A stretch of DNA of 64,000 nucleotides from Balanoglossus misakiensis (taxonomy: Eukaryota; Animalia; Hemichordata): NCBI GenBank assembly GCA_040954595.2, contig CM082589.2, positions 10,924,894 to 10,988,893 of the forward strand, read 5' to 3'. This document shows, in pieces, positions 36,901 to 49,950 of this stretch. Within the stretch, counting starts at the first letter, position 1. The number at the start of each line of letters is the position of its first letter. A program made the position numbers and the translations under genes. Under the pieces are notes generated by a model. It ran no database searches and had not been told where the DNA came from. It saw only the letters and a list, made by a program, of their open reading frames with translations.

Positions 36901-39150
36901 CGTAGTGGACAGTGTTCTGCCCATTAATTTTGAGTGTTTGGTGGGGTCAACCTTTGCGTCAACATTAACCAGAGCACACAGTAACCAGGCCGTAGTGGAC
37001 AGTGTTCTGCCCATTAATTTTGAGTGTTTGGTGGGGTCAACCTTTGCGTCAACATTAACCAGAGCACACAGTAACCAGGCCATAGTGGACAGTGTTCTGC
37101 CCATTAATTTTGAGTGTTTGGTGGGGTCAACCTTTGCGTCAACATTAACCAGAGCACACAGTAACCAGGCCGTAGTGGACAGTGTTCTGCCCATTAATTT
37201 TGAGTGTTTGGTGGGGTCAACCTTTGCGTCAACATTAACCAGAGCACACAGTAACCAGGCCATAGTGGACAGTGTGCTGCCCATTAATTTTGAGTGTTTG
37301 GTGGGGTCAACCTTTGCGTCAACATTAACCAGAGCACACAGTAACCAGGCCATAGTGGACAGTGTTCTGCCCATTAATTTTGAGTGTTTGGTGGGGTCAA
37401 CCTTTGCGTCAACATTAACCAGAGCACACAGTAACCAGGCCATAGTGGACAGTATGCTGCCCATTGATTTTGAGTGTTTGGTGGCGTCAACCTTTGCGTC
37501 AACATTAACCAGAGCACACAATAACCAGGCCGTAGTGGACAGTGTTCTGCCCATTAATTTTGAGTGTTTGGTGGGGTCAACCTTTGCGTCAACATTAACC
37601 AGAGCACACAGTAACCAGGCCATAGTGGACAGTGTTCTGCCCATTAATTTTGAGTGTTTGGTGGGGTCAACCTTTGCGTCAACATTAACCAGAGCACACA
37701 GTAACCAGGCCGTAGTGGACAGTGTGCTGCCCATTAATTTTGAGTGTTTGGTGGGGTCAACCTTTGCGTCAACATTAACTAGGCCAGAGTGGCCAGTATC
37801 GTGCCCATTAATTTTGAGTGTTTCGTGGGGGTCAACCTTTGCGTCAACATTAACTAGGCCAGAGTGGCCAGTATCGTGCCCATTATTTTTGAGTGTTTGG
37901 TGGGGGTCAACCTTTGCGTCAACATTAACTAGGCCAGAGTGGCCAGTATCCTGCCCATTAATTTTGAGTGTTTGGTGGGGTCAACCTTTGCATCAACATT
38001 AACCAGAGCACACAGTAACCAGGCCATAGTGGACAGTGTTCTGCCCATTAATTTTGAGTGTTTGGTGGGGTCAACCTTTGCATCAACATTAACCAGAGCA
38101 CACAGTAACCAGGCCGTAGTGGACAGTGTGCTGCCCATTAATTTTGAGTGTTTGGTGGGGTCAACCTTTGCGTCAACATTAACTAGGCCAGAGTGGCCAG
38201 TATCGTGCCCATTAATTTTGAGTGTTTGGTGGGGGTCAACCTTTGCGTCAACATTAACTAGGCCAGAGTGGCCAGTATCCTGCCCATTAATTTTGAGTGT
38301 TTGGTGGGGTCAACCTTTGCATCAACATTAACCAGAGCACACAGTAACCAGGCCATAGTGGACAGTGTTCTGCCCATTAATTTTGAGTGTTTGGTGGGGT
38401 CAACCTTTGCATCAACATTAACCAGAGCACACAGTAACCAGGCCGTAGTGGACAGTGTGCTGCCCATTAATTTTGAGTGTTTGGTGGGGTCAACCTTTGC
38501 GTCAACATTAACTAGGCCAGAGTGGCCAGTATCGTGCCCATTAATTTTGAGTGTTTGGTGGGGGTCAACCTTTGCGTCAACATTAACTAGGCCAGAGTGG
38601 CCAGTATCCTGCCCATTAATTTTGAGTGTTTGGTGGGGTCAACCTTTGCATCAACATTAACCAGAGCACACAGTAACCAGGCCATAGTGGACAGTGTTCT
38701 GCCCATTAATTTTGAGTGTTTGGTGGGGTCAACCTTTGCATCAACATTAACCAGAGCACACAGTAACCAGGCCGTAGTGGACAGTGTGCTGCCCATTAAT
38801 TTTGAGTGTTTGGTGGGGTCAACCTTTGCGTCAACATTAACCAGAGCACACAGTAACCAGGCCATAGTGGACAGTATGCTGCCCATTGATTTTGAGTGTT
38901 TGGTGGGGTCAACCTTTGCGTCAACATTAACTAGGCCAGAGTGGCCAGTATCGTGCCCATTAATTTTGAGTGTTTGGTGGGGGTCAACCTTTGCGTCAAC
39001 ATTAACTAGGCCAGAGTGGCCAGTATGCTGCCTATTAATTTTGAGTGTTTGGTGGGGTCAACCTTTGCGTCAACATTAAGCAGGCCAGACAGTAACCAGG
39101 CCAGAGTGGACAGTATCCTGCCTATTAATTTTGAGTGATTTGTGGGTCAA
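30957..39150. repeat. Homogeneous satellite: 90-bp monomer interspersed with blocks of a 74/75-bp variant
   Basis: 90-bp unit aacattaaccagagcacacagtaaccaggccgtagtggacagtgttctgcccattaattttgagtgtttggtggggtcaacctttgcgtc. The 74-bp unit lacks 16 bp (aacattaact at 31411 and 31485). Confidence 0.98.
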
Positions 39151-40094
39151 TTTGATCAAATACTGCCTACCGCTGGCGCTGCATATTTGAAGAAATGTGA
39201 AAAGATGGCAAGACAGGTTTGGTAAATGTGGGCCCCCTAACTGAAGCAAAAGCACAAACTTAAAACAAAGATATGAATTTGGAAGAGTTTTATTTATTAC
39301 ATATGAAAAATAATGAAGACTTATGCTTCAAAGTAAGTATCGACGGAGTCGAACCGCCAATGCTGCAATGGCATTATACCCATAATACTTTTTTGCTTTT
39401 TGCATGAATTTCATTATTTTTCATATGCTGTGCAGCTAAAGTGTGGCTAGATGGCTAACTGCTGATGTAAAATATCTTGCATACCAATTTGGAACAATTA
39501 CCCCAAGTAGTGGTCAAACAGAAACAATGCTTGCATTCAATTTAAAACAAGGTGACAAAAGTGGTTGAAATGAAACAATAAGCAAAAACAGTGTTTATCA
39601 AACTGAAATAATGTGGTCGAAATGAAACAATGAGCAAAAACAGTGTTTATCAAACTGAAATAATGTGCCAAAATAGCTCCTGTTGATATTGCACAAAATT
39701 AACTGTTGCATTCTACCCTTGAGTTAATTTTTATTTCCAGGCAATTATGTGCTTAATACTAAATATTATCTATGGGTACAAACCATCAGTTTCTTAAGTG
39801 CAAATCGCAAGAAGCTCCCCCATACAATTTTAGTGTTTTTTTAAATCAAGCAAGATAATTACATACTGTGTGATAAACTAACTAACTTTACGCGCCTGGG
39901 GACAGTTAAAAACCTCGAGCCAAATATAAAATGAGGAAAAACTGCCCCCTCCCCCGTTGTGAATTTTAAAAGGTTGGGGCTCAAACTAACCAGAATTGTC
40001 TTGCCGACTCCTATTTTTCTGTGTACATTTTGATGTATTGTTGTTACGCGAGATTGAGGATTCGTGTTGATGCGGGAATTACGATGACGAAAGC

Positions 40095-40290
40095 AAAAAA
40101 TCCATCGGCGAATCAAACGGGCACACGGCGAAATTCCATTACACGACGATCCAACTGCGATGAAGAACGCGAACGCGGGTAACGTTGTAAAAAATCCATC
40201 GGCGAATCAAACGGGCACACGGCGAAATTCCATTACATGACGAGCGACCTGCAATGAAGAACGCGAACGCGGGTAACGCTGCAAAAAATC
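40095..40290. repeat. ~95-bp tandem duplication (CpG-rich)
   Basis: aaaaaatccatcggcgaatcaaacgggcacacggcgaaattccattaca occurs at ~40095 and ~40190. Confidence 0.85.
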
Positions 40291-40716
40291 CGCAGACAAT
40301 TATTACACGAATGCATAGCAACAATTATTTTACCCAACCTGACACTAATAAATTACCCAATGATTTTAAATTTCTTATTATTACACCCCAACTAATCATT
40401 ATACCTTTGTAATATTAACACCGTTTATACACATCCCATAATGTTTATACCATCAAGTTAATACCATTTTATTATTATTATACCACCAAAACCATGTGTT
40501 ACCAATTTTTTTTATTATTACACCATTGATGTTAACACCTTTATATATTATACCGGTATTTACCCTCTGTACATGTACAGTTTTTATTTACCACGTGGCA
40601 TTACTCATGTTTTTATAGTATTTTAATTACTTATCATACCCTTGAAACCATAATATTATACCCTTGCAGACAGTTTTATTATAGTACCCTTGTGCACAAT
40701 GTCTTATTAGTCATCA

Positions 40717-40890
40717 TACACCAACCCTTCACCATTTCATTAGATTATACCATTTTTATTAGCCTAACCTGTTTATACACCAACCCTTCACCATTCCGTT
40801 AGATTATACCATTTTTTATTACCCTAACATATTCATACACCAACCCTTTACCATTCCCTCAGATTAAACCATTTTTATTAGCCTAACCTA
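40717..40890. repeat. ~59-60-bp tandem repeat, 3 copies
   Basis: tacaccaacccttcaccatt..agattataccatttttattagcctaacc occurs three times. Confidence 0.85.
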
Positions 40891-41076
40891 TTGACAGCAT
40901 CCCTCTGGTTTTGATATTGTTATCTGGTGCGGCGTTGTTGTAGATATTGATTAGACTCCCTCCGGCGATGATAATACCAATGAACCTATTGAAAAAAAAG
41001 AATGAATATTATTAATTAGATCAGATCAACAAATCATGGCGTCGTTCATCCCTCTGGTCACAGGAGCATCATCTGG

Positions 41077-41860
41077 CGTCGTTACAGGTTTAAGTTCATC
41101 CCTCCAGTACAGTATAAGGTGGCGGCGTCGTTACAAGTATTAAGTTCATCTCTCCAGTACAGTATTAGGTGGCGGCGGCGTTACAAGTATTAACTTCATC
41201 TCTCCAGTACAGTATTAGGTGGCGGCGTCGTTACAAGTATTAACTTCATCTCTCCAGTACAGTATTAGGTGGCGGCGTCGTTACAAGTTTAAGTTCATCC
41301 CTCCAGTACAGTATTAGGTGGCGGCGTCGTTACAAGTATTAACTTCATCCCTCCAGTACAGTATTAGGTGGCGGCGTCGTTACAAGTATTAACTTCATCT
41401 CTCCAGTACAGTATTAGGTGGCGGCGTCGTTTCAAGTATTAACTTCATCTCTCCAGTACAGTATTAGGTGGCGGCGTCGTTACAAGTATTAACTTCATCT
41501 CTCCAGTACAGTATTAGGTGGCGGCGTCGTTACAAGTATTAACTTCATCTCTCCAGTACAGTATTAGGTGGCGGCGTCGTTACAAGTATTAAGTTCATCT
41601 CTCCAGTACAGTATTAGGTGGCGGCGTCGTTACAAGTATTAACTTCATCTCTCCAGTACAGTATTAGGTGGCGGCGTCGTTACAAGTATTAACTTCATCT
41701 CTCCAGTACAGTATTAGGTGGCGGCGTCGTTACAAGTATTAACTTCATCTCTCCAGTACAGTATTAGGTGGCGGCGTCGTTACAAGTTTAAGTTCATACC
41801 TCCAGTACAGTATTAGGTGGCGACGTCGTTACAAATATTACACTCCCTCCAGCAGCAGTG
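41077..41860. repeat. 50-bp minisatellite, ~15 copies
   Basis: Unit aacttcatctctccagtacagtattaggtggcggcgtcgttacaagtatt. Confidence 0.96.
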
Positions 41861-42615
41861 TTACCAAAGAACCTAATGTAAAAAAAGAATGAAATTATTT
41901 TAATAATCTGATTAGGTCAAGTCATCATATTGATAAAGAAAACAACAAGAAGAAATCATTTAAAAATTAACGCTGCCAGCACCATTGGTTGGGCCCAAAC
42001 GGTTCCCATGGTTACCAGGGTATGCCAAGGCTGTATTCTGCTGTGAATACCAAGATATATGAAAGCTGGTCAAAGGTTACCCCAGGGTCATTGAAAATCG
42101 CAAAAAATAGCGTCAAGGACACTGTGGTCTCATTTAGTGATTACACTAGAAAAAGTCTACACAGGAGTACAGACAGACAGACACACACATAGAGAGGCAA
42201 TAAAATATGATGCCCCCCCCAGCCCCGAAAACATCTTGATCTTATGTATGCTGGCCTGGTACAATAGACAAACCAGCCAATTAATGAAAATTTTGTACAA
42301 ATACAGAGCTCAAAGTTGCATTTTAGTGAGCCCAAAAGCAAATTAACTCAATGTTATGACAAATTTTACTTTTGCCACTCAAAGTTTGCATCGGTGGGGT
42401 GGGATGGCAAGTACTCTTCCCTGATACAATAGACAAACCAGCCAATAAATGAAATGAGGTGAAGAATGAAGGTGAAGAATGAATAACTTTATTTGATTCC
42501 ATTATCTAAACAAACACATCCAATTAACTTCCTACTCAAATTTCAAAGTAATCAGTCATAGGTTTTGTAAATCATCATGAGAAATCACCCTGAAACCAAA
42601 TCAAATCAAAAATCA

Positions 42616-42911
42616 TATAAGCCTAGTCGGGCTCTGCGCTCCAGCTCAAGGAACCAGTTGTGTGTACCAAAGTACAGACTCAAAACATATGGTGGATGTG
42701 CCTTTTCCCTTGTCGCGCCACAACTTTGGAATTCTCTGCCATCTGACATTCAACAGGCTTCTAGTCTCAACATTTTCAAACAAAAACTCAAGACATTTCT
42801 ATTTGTCAAAGCCTACGAACACTGATGTTATACTTTCAGCGCCTTTGGCAATAACATTGTTATTGATTCTGGCGCTTTATAAATGTTTGTTTTGATTTGA
42901 TTTGATTTGAT
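42616..42911 (+). mobile_element. L2/CR1-group LINE 3' fragment
   Basis: YKPSRALRSS..LCVPKYRLKTYGGCAFSLVAPQLWNSLPSDIQQASSLNIFKQKLKTFLF; 3' cagcgcc..ggcgctttataaat and a (tttga)n tail. Confidence 0.9.
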
Positions 42912-45900
42912 CCCCCCAAAATATACTATTCAATTCATCAAGTTGATTTGAAAAACATACATGCAAATCTTACTTGAGCTACCCCTAACATGACTAACAA
43001 ATTTTAAAGCAATGGAACAAGCGGTTTTAGAGAAAAAAATTAATTAAACAAGGCTGAAATTGCTCCAAAATTATCAATATGCAAATTTTGCAACATTTCA
43101 ACAAAAGTATTGTAACTCATATCACCTACATGAAGCTTCATACTAAATTTTTTTACCACAAATGAGGAAAAAGGCAAAAAATGCATAAAATAGAACATTC
43201 AAACTATTAGTTAAAAAAATACAGGATTGTATGTGGTTGACATAAGGTACTTGCATACCAATTGTCAAATCAATCTGTAAATTATCATGAGAACAAACCC
43301 TGAAACCTTCAAATCAAATTTCAAAGCAGTGGGGGTAAAGGGGGCACAGTACGATATTTTACCCACAACTCTCCATGATTTGTATCATCGAGATTGTCCA
43401 TTTAATTACTTTCTGTTTTAGATACTAACAATGATATGAAGTACATATAACTGTATTAAGATTTATCTAGAAAAAGTATGTTAAGGAATTAGAGTGAAAA
43501 TTTCAAAATCAAGATTTAAAAGCCATAGAAATCAAAGTATTCATTCATGTACGTCAAATGTCACACTTAGGAGGAAAGAAGCAATGACTAACTGAGGTGG
43601 CCAGTCTCTGTTGAAAGTTAACATGTAAATTTCCATTGTTCTGTCTATAGAAAAAAATCAATATCGTTTTGTTTGATTAAACAAGTGTTTCAAGTGTCCC
43701 TGTTTTACTTCAAACTTTTTTGTATCGGCTGGCTATGCAATTGCTTATTTTATAAAATTTGTATCTCCTCTTTCAATAATGCATGATTTTGTTTATCATT
43801 TGAAATGGTAATTGACAATAAGATTCGCCTTTAAAGCATGCTCTCAAAATTTGTATTAGTGGTCTACAATTTTCTCTACACATGTGAACTTTGCCTGGTT
43901 TGACCGAGTAATCTCTGGTTGTACAAACCAGAGTGATTCATGGGATATTTCACGTACTGTGGGGGGTTCTGAGAAGAGTTTTGACCGAAAATGGCAAAAA
44001 TCATCCCAAAAATATACTATTCAATTCATCAAGTTGATTTGAAAAACATACATGCAAATCTTACTTGGGCTACCCCTAATATGACTAACAAATTTCAAAG
44101 CAATGTAACAACCGGTTTAAAAAAAAAATTCAAAAACGGCCGAAATTGCTCCAAAATTATGAATATGCAAATTTTGCAACATTTTAACAAAAGTATGCTA
44201 ACTCATATCACCTATATGAAGCTTCATACTAAATTTCAAAGAAGTCGTCTCATCAATTTTAGAAAAGTAGATGTTTTACCAAAAATGAGGAAAAAGGCAA
44301 AAAATGCATAAAAATAGAACATTCAAACTATTCAAAATACAGGACTGTATGTGGTTGACATAAGGTACTTGCATACCAATTGTCAAATCAATCTGACCAG
44401 TGGTTTTGACCAATTTCAAATTTTCCCAGCTAATTTGCATTTATTTAACAATTTCAACTGAATATGGCTGCCAGGTCAAATGACTGATTTGAATTTCAAG
44501 GTGCACACTCATTGGCAAGGACAACTGTGACAAATTCAAGAAGCATAGGTGTGGCAGGTTTTCAGAGCAAGGTGTAAAATATATCCAGGGAATGGGGCCC
44601 AAGCTCCTAAAAACCCAGCACAATACCAATAGGGACTCATATTACTAACAAAGTGTAAGCCTGTAATAAGTCAAAAGCTGCACATCTTTTTACCACCTCG
44701 TGCCAGTACTAAGCAATAAGACTTTTTATAGAGTTGTTTAAGGTGGCACTGCATGAAACCGTCGAGACTTTTTCAGAGGCCTATTTCTCATCAAAGACAA
44801 AGTTTAAACCCCCATAAACCATATATATTCTGGAAGCTGAGATTTTGAACTTTTGTTTGAGTTGCAAATATTATTGATCCCCGGAAATGGTGGCGATTTT
44901 GGGCGAAAAAACCCATTTTTTGATATTATGTCATGAAATTTAAAATAGGTAAAAAAGTTGACCATGCATCATGCATCTTAATATGTCATTCGAAACTAAA
45001 GTACACGTGCAAAAAAACGCTAATTTTGTTTTGCGTTATCTGCTTCCATTGAGGAGTAACAGCGTTTGAAAGTTAGATTTTCTGAAAATTTGATCAAATT
45101 CACGGTGAGTTGTATTGAATCAGAGTTTATTCCCGCTAGGGACACTTTATCGACATACAAAACTAGCGTTTTGTTGGATGGGTCATACACAATTCCCTGT
45201 CAAAATTTGAGCAAATTCGGCCAATGCAGGGCGAAGCTATTTTAGTCCGAAGTTGTCAAAAGCAGCGAAAATGCAAACCGAGAAAAACGGCCATTTGCAT
45301 TGTTGACACCTATTTGTTAAGCTGTGAACTCATTCAGAAAAGTGCTATTTGGGGGTGATTGTGCACCATTTCCGCCAAGACGTATTAGTCAGGATGTGGG
45401 TGAGTATTAGGCCTACCGATTTATGTAAAAAAGTAAAATTTGGCAAAAATCACAACTTTTCATGCAATGCCACCTTAATTGTCTCTGCTGATGCCAGAGA
45501 TTGAAAAAGAATCCTACAAGTTAGGATTTTCAGAAACAATGATAGCTATTTCTATTACTGTTTGTAAACAAAAATGTGATGTTCACCGCCTTGTTTTCAG
45601 AAAAGTATTTACATAAATGTTTTTCCATAGAGTTAACACAGACATTGGCAGCCATCTTGAATTTCAAAAACTGCAACAATATCTCCAATGCAACAAATCT
45701 GCAAATTGTACTATTTGACACCTGACTTAGGTCAAGGGGTTTCAGAGATGATGACTACTCTTCAGACTTAGACAAAATAATAATGCAATATTCAGCGGAA
45801 TTTCAAAAGCATTGACTAAGATCACCAAGGGACAATTCATACCAAAGATCAAAACAATTAGACGTACCTATTTTAAAGATCATTATGAAAACTTTACAGA

Positions 45901-48900
45901 TTCGGTTATAATGTAAATAAAAGTAGATCACCCCTGTGGACATGGCAATCAGACATGCATATTCTGACAAGATTTTTTGTTTGTACAAAAAGGCAACTGT
46001 CTCCAAAATACAAAATTACAGATTATGTCACATACCTCAGGGAGATCAATACTAAATTTCAGAGAAAATTTCCCCCCAAATATGCAAATTTCACCATATT
46101 TTGAAGAAACAACTTGTGTCATACCTAGAAACCTGCATAGTCAAAGTAATCTACGAGCTTAGCTTTTTTCTTCCAAAAACAGCAAAAAACTTGTTCCAAA
46201 CTACAAATATGCAGAATTCAACACAATTTGAACACACATTACTTCGCCACCCCAAGAAACCTGCACACCAATTTTAAAAGCACTTGCACCAGTGATTTCA
46301 GAAAAGAAAAATGTTGACAGACATAGGATGACTGAACATCTATCTACCTGTCAGATAACTTTTGCAGTGCTGAGAGCAGAGCTAGAGATTGGTGTTGTCT
46401 TTTTACATTTTAAATCATCACACTTTGCTACTCAAAGCTACTATTCTGCTATGCTTGAGAAATGACTTGGGACCATTTTTGGCAAACAATAGTCACTAAT
46501 CTTCCTCAGTTTATAGTACAATGTACCGACACTGTATTAGTAATGTACTGAAAATGTTCAGACTATTTCTTGTGTCTGCATATGTCTTTAGTACAGAAGA
46601 ATAATCTATCCGGTTGTCATTTCTCTGTTTATTCAGAAATAAACTAGTCTGGGTTGCAACAGTAAAAATCTTAAAATATTCATACCCTTTCTGAAGGATG
46701 TTCAAAACCAATACCTATGTGAAGCATTATATCAAATTTGCTGGGTAACTGTGGATTTATAACTTTTGCTAATTACAGTGCTAACTCACACTGGATGATT
46801 CGACGGTAATTTTAGATTCATATGAAGATTTTTTACCAATAATGTTGAAAAATACAAACAAATGCATCAAAAATAGAAAATCAAAATTAGCTCAAAACAT
46901 ACAGGACTGTATGAGGTAGGCATAAGGTACTTGCATACCAATTTCCAAATCAATCTGACCAGCAGTTGTTGAATTTTGCGAGTTTTGACCAATTTCACAT
47001 TTTCCAGCTAATTTGCATATATTTGGTAATGACATTTTCATGTTAACAAACTCCAATGTACAGCCCAGCCTGCATCTGCACACCAAATATCGAGGTGATA
47101 TGCACAACGGTTTTCAAGTTTTAGATGTGGACGGACATACAGACATACATCCATACAAACAGACAGACATACTGTAAAACACTTTATTTTCGCGAGCAAT
47201 TAATTTTCGCCAAATACGCGAGAGCCAAAATAACGTGAAAATAAAAAGTCACGTAAATTGTTTTTGAAGATAACGATGCAGTGAATGAAATAAGAGAACG
47301 CGAAAATTAATACTCGCGAAACAGTGGCCTCTCTCGATATCGCGAAAAATTTAACTCGCAGTACATCCATACATAAATACAGACGCAACTGATTCCATAA
47401 GGCCCATGGTACATACCATATGGGACCTAAAAACTGCAGAAGCTACACAAAACATTAATACTGAAAACATGGCAAACAGTTGTTGCTAACGGGGTTTTAA
47501 ATCTCCCTTATAGATATTTTTGAACTCCCAATTTATGATTATTGACTGTTTGATTGATTAGTTGTTGCACAAATGATAGTATTATCAAAGTAAATAATAT
47601 CTGTGAGAAATTTCTTTTCATATTTATTTGAATATGGATAGGGTAAGATGGGGGTTAAACAAAACTACATTTGTTCAAAAGTGGCAAAAACACAAATATG
47701 CAAAAATCACTATAATTGTACACCATCTTACTTAAATCACTACAAGGAACATTCCTGTCAAAGTTCAAAGCAATCTGACAAGCGCTTTCAGACACAGCGA
47801 ATTTGATAACCATCTACAAATATATTTTTATTTTTTAAACAATTCTTTTACAACACCTTACTTGGGTTACCCCCTAGGAATCTGCATTCTGAGCAAAAAT
47901 TACAAAATTGCTCAAAATTATAAATATACCAATTTCACAACCATTTGCAATTTGAACAAAAACTATGGCTTTCAGAAAGGAAGATTTTTCTTTACCAATA
48001 ATGCAGTAAAAGACAAAACAATAAAAATAGAAAATTCATAATATTAGCTCAAAACAAAACATACAGGACTGTATGGCATTTATTGACATTTATAAGAATA
48101 TGGACAGGGTATGATAGTGGGGGGGGAATTATAAATTCCAAGGGGGTCATCAATTTTTTGTCATAGCTTTTTGGGGCCATAGAAAAAATAACCTAAAAAG
48201 TAGGAAATCCTACGTCCCCCTAAGCTTTCATTCTGGCCAACAACTTTTTATGAAGGCTTCTGCAGTTGTTAAAAACAGATTGCCTGCTATGTTAGACTAT
48301 CAATCTATAGAGGGGATGAAAAATGTCCTTTTGTCAAGTGTCTGGATTTTGATAACTTCAACAGGTAAAAATATATTTGTAGATGTTTATCAAATTCGCT
48401 ATGTCTGAAACAGTATGCTTGCAAATGTATTAATATAGTCAGATAATATGAATAGTGAAGATAGCAAAACAAACAGGTTTATGCTTATAGCCATAACTTC
48501 TATTAGTGATGTACATGTTGTACTTAGCAAATAATTGTTATGATCAACTTGGTTTTTATTGCACAAGATCTTTTTATTGCATCCATGTTTCGTTTCATCC
48601 TGGATAATAGTCTGTCTAAATAAGTTAACAGGCTTGATGAGGGTTATTTTAAACAGTGTTCTCAAAAAACCTGCAATGTCATGCCCTATATTTATAAAGT
48701 TGAGGAGAGGTTGTATTCCTAGCAGGATGTTGAAATCATTGGAGGACAAACCCTGCCAGTACCAAAAGTTGCTGGGTGTTATAAATGTTTGAGTAACCCC
48801 CCCCCCCCCCCTTCCCCAATAACACAATATATACTAAAACATTTTTACAACATCTTACTCAGTTTACCCTTAGGAATATGCCTACCAAATCAATCTGTCA

Positions 48901-49950
48901 TGCAGTTTTAAAGAAAAAAAAATGACCAAAAGTGGCAAAAATTGCTCAAAATTAAAATATGCAAATTTTTCAACAATTTGAACAAAACTTTGGTTACTCA
49001 GACAACCATTAGAAGCTTCATACTAAAATTCAAAGAATGAGGCCTATAACTTTAAGAAATGATGATTTCTTTACCAATAATGTGGAATAATACAAAAAAT
49101 GCATAAAAGATTTTTGGCATAAAAAATTAAAAATCGATAATATTAGCTCAAAACATACAGGACTGTTTGAGGTAGACATAAGGTACATGCATACTGATTT
49201 TCAAATGAATGTGACCAGTGGTTGTTGAGTTTGAGTTTTGACCAATTTCACATTTTCCTAGCTAATTTGCATATTTTTGGCAATGACAGCTTCATTTGAA
49301 CAAACTCCAATCTTCAGCCTGGCCTGCATCTACACACCAAATATCGAGGTCATATGCCCAGCGGTTTTCAAGTTTGTGATGTGGACGGACATACAGACAT
49401 ACATACATACATCCACCGATATCATAAGGTCCCATGGTAAAGCAAATGGGACCTTACAAAACTATGATAACTCAGATCACCTATGAAGCTTCATACTAAA
49501 TTTCAAATAAGTCAGCTGATCAATTCCAGAAAAGCAGATTTTCTACCGATAATGTGGAAAGAGACAAAAAATACATAAAAAATCGAAAATTCACATTAGC
49601 TCACAACATATAGAACTGTGTGAGGTTAACATAACTTACAGGAATACCAATTTTCAATTTTGAAAGCAATTTGCTCAGTAGTTGTCGAGTTCCCGAGTTT
49701 GGACGAATTTGACACTTTCCCAGCTAATTTGCATATTTTGGCAATGACAAGTTCATTTTGACAACTCCCACTTAATGCCCTGCCTGCATCTCCACACTAA
49801 ATATCAAGGTCACATGCCAGTGGTTTCCAAGTGTTTGATATTGATAGACATACAGACAAACATCCATACAGACATCCATATATACAGGTGCTACTGATCC
49901 CATAAGGTCCCATGGTATAAATACATATACCTGCACCAAATGGGACCTAA
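42912..49950 (+). mobile_element. Cluster of degenerate HINE-like (tatgcaaatt-rich) elements
   Basis: 42912-43280 repeats at 44003-44400. Recurrent ends of (catac/agac)n plus hairpin agg(t)cccat..atgggacct at ~47400, 49425 and 49900, also at 56235 and 56760. Confidence 0.65.
44742..45474. mobile_element. Kolobok-like non-autonomous element, TTAA TSD
   Basis: ttaa|ggtggcactgcatgaaa ... tttcatgcaatgccacc|ttaa. Confidence 0.87.

Noticed and set aside
30811-39079. Long ORFs (up to 700 aa) on both strands with 30-aa repeats
   Set aside because: They result from a 90-bp monomer lacking stops in one frame per strand; the 74-bp units break the frames, and there is no unique coding flank.
39335-39390. 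tRNA-like B-box (ggttcgactcc on the minus strand)
   Set aside because: No cloverleaf or acceptor stem could be built; at most a degenerate SINE head.
41077-41860. CRISPR-like regular array
   Set aside because: Units are head-to-tail with no unique spacers, there are no cas genes, and the context is eukaryotic. The same applies to 30957-39150.
42597-42616. aaatcaaatc as an inverted L2 tail (twin priming)
   Set aside because: The same caaatcaaat follows ccctgaaacc at ~43310 without any LINE, so it is host repeat sequence.
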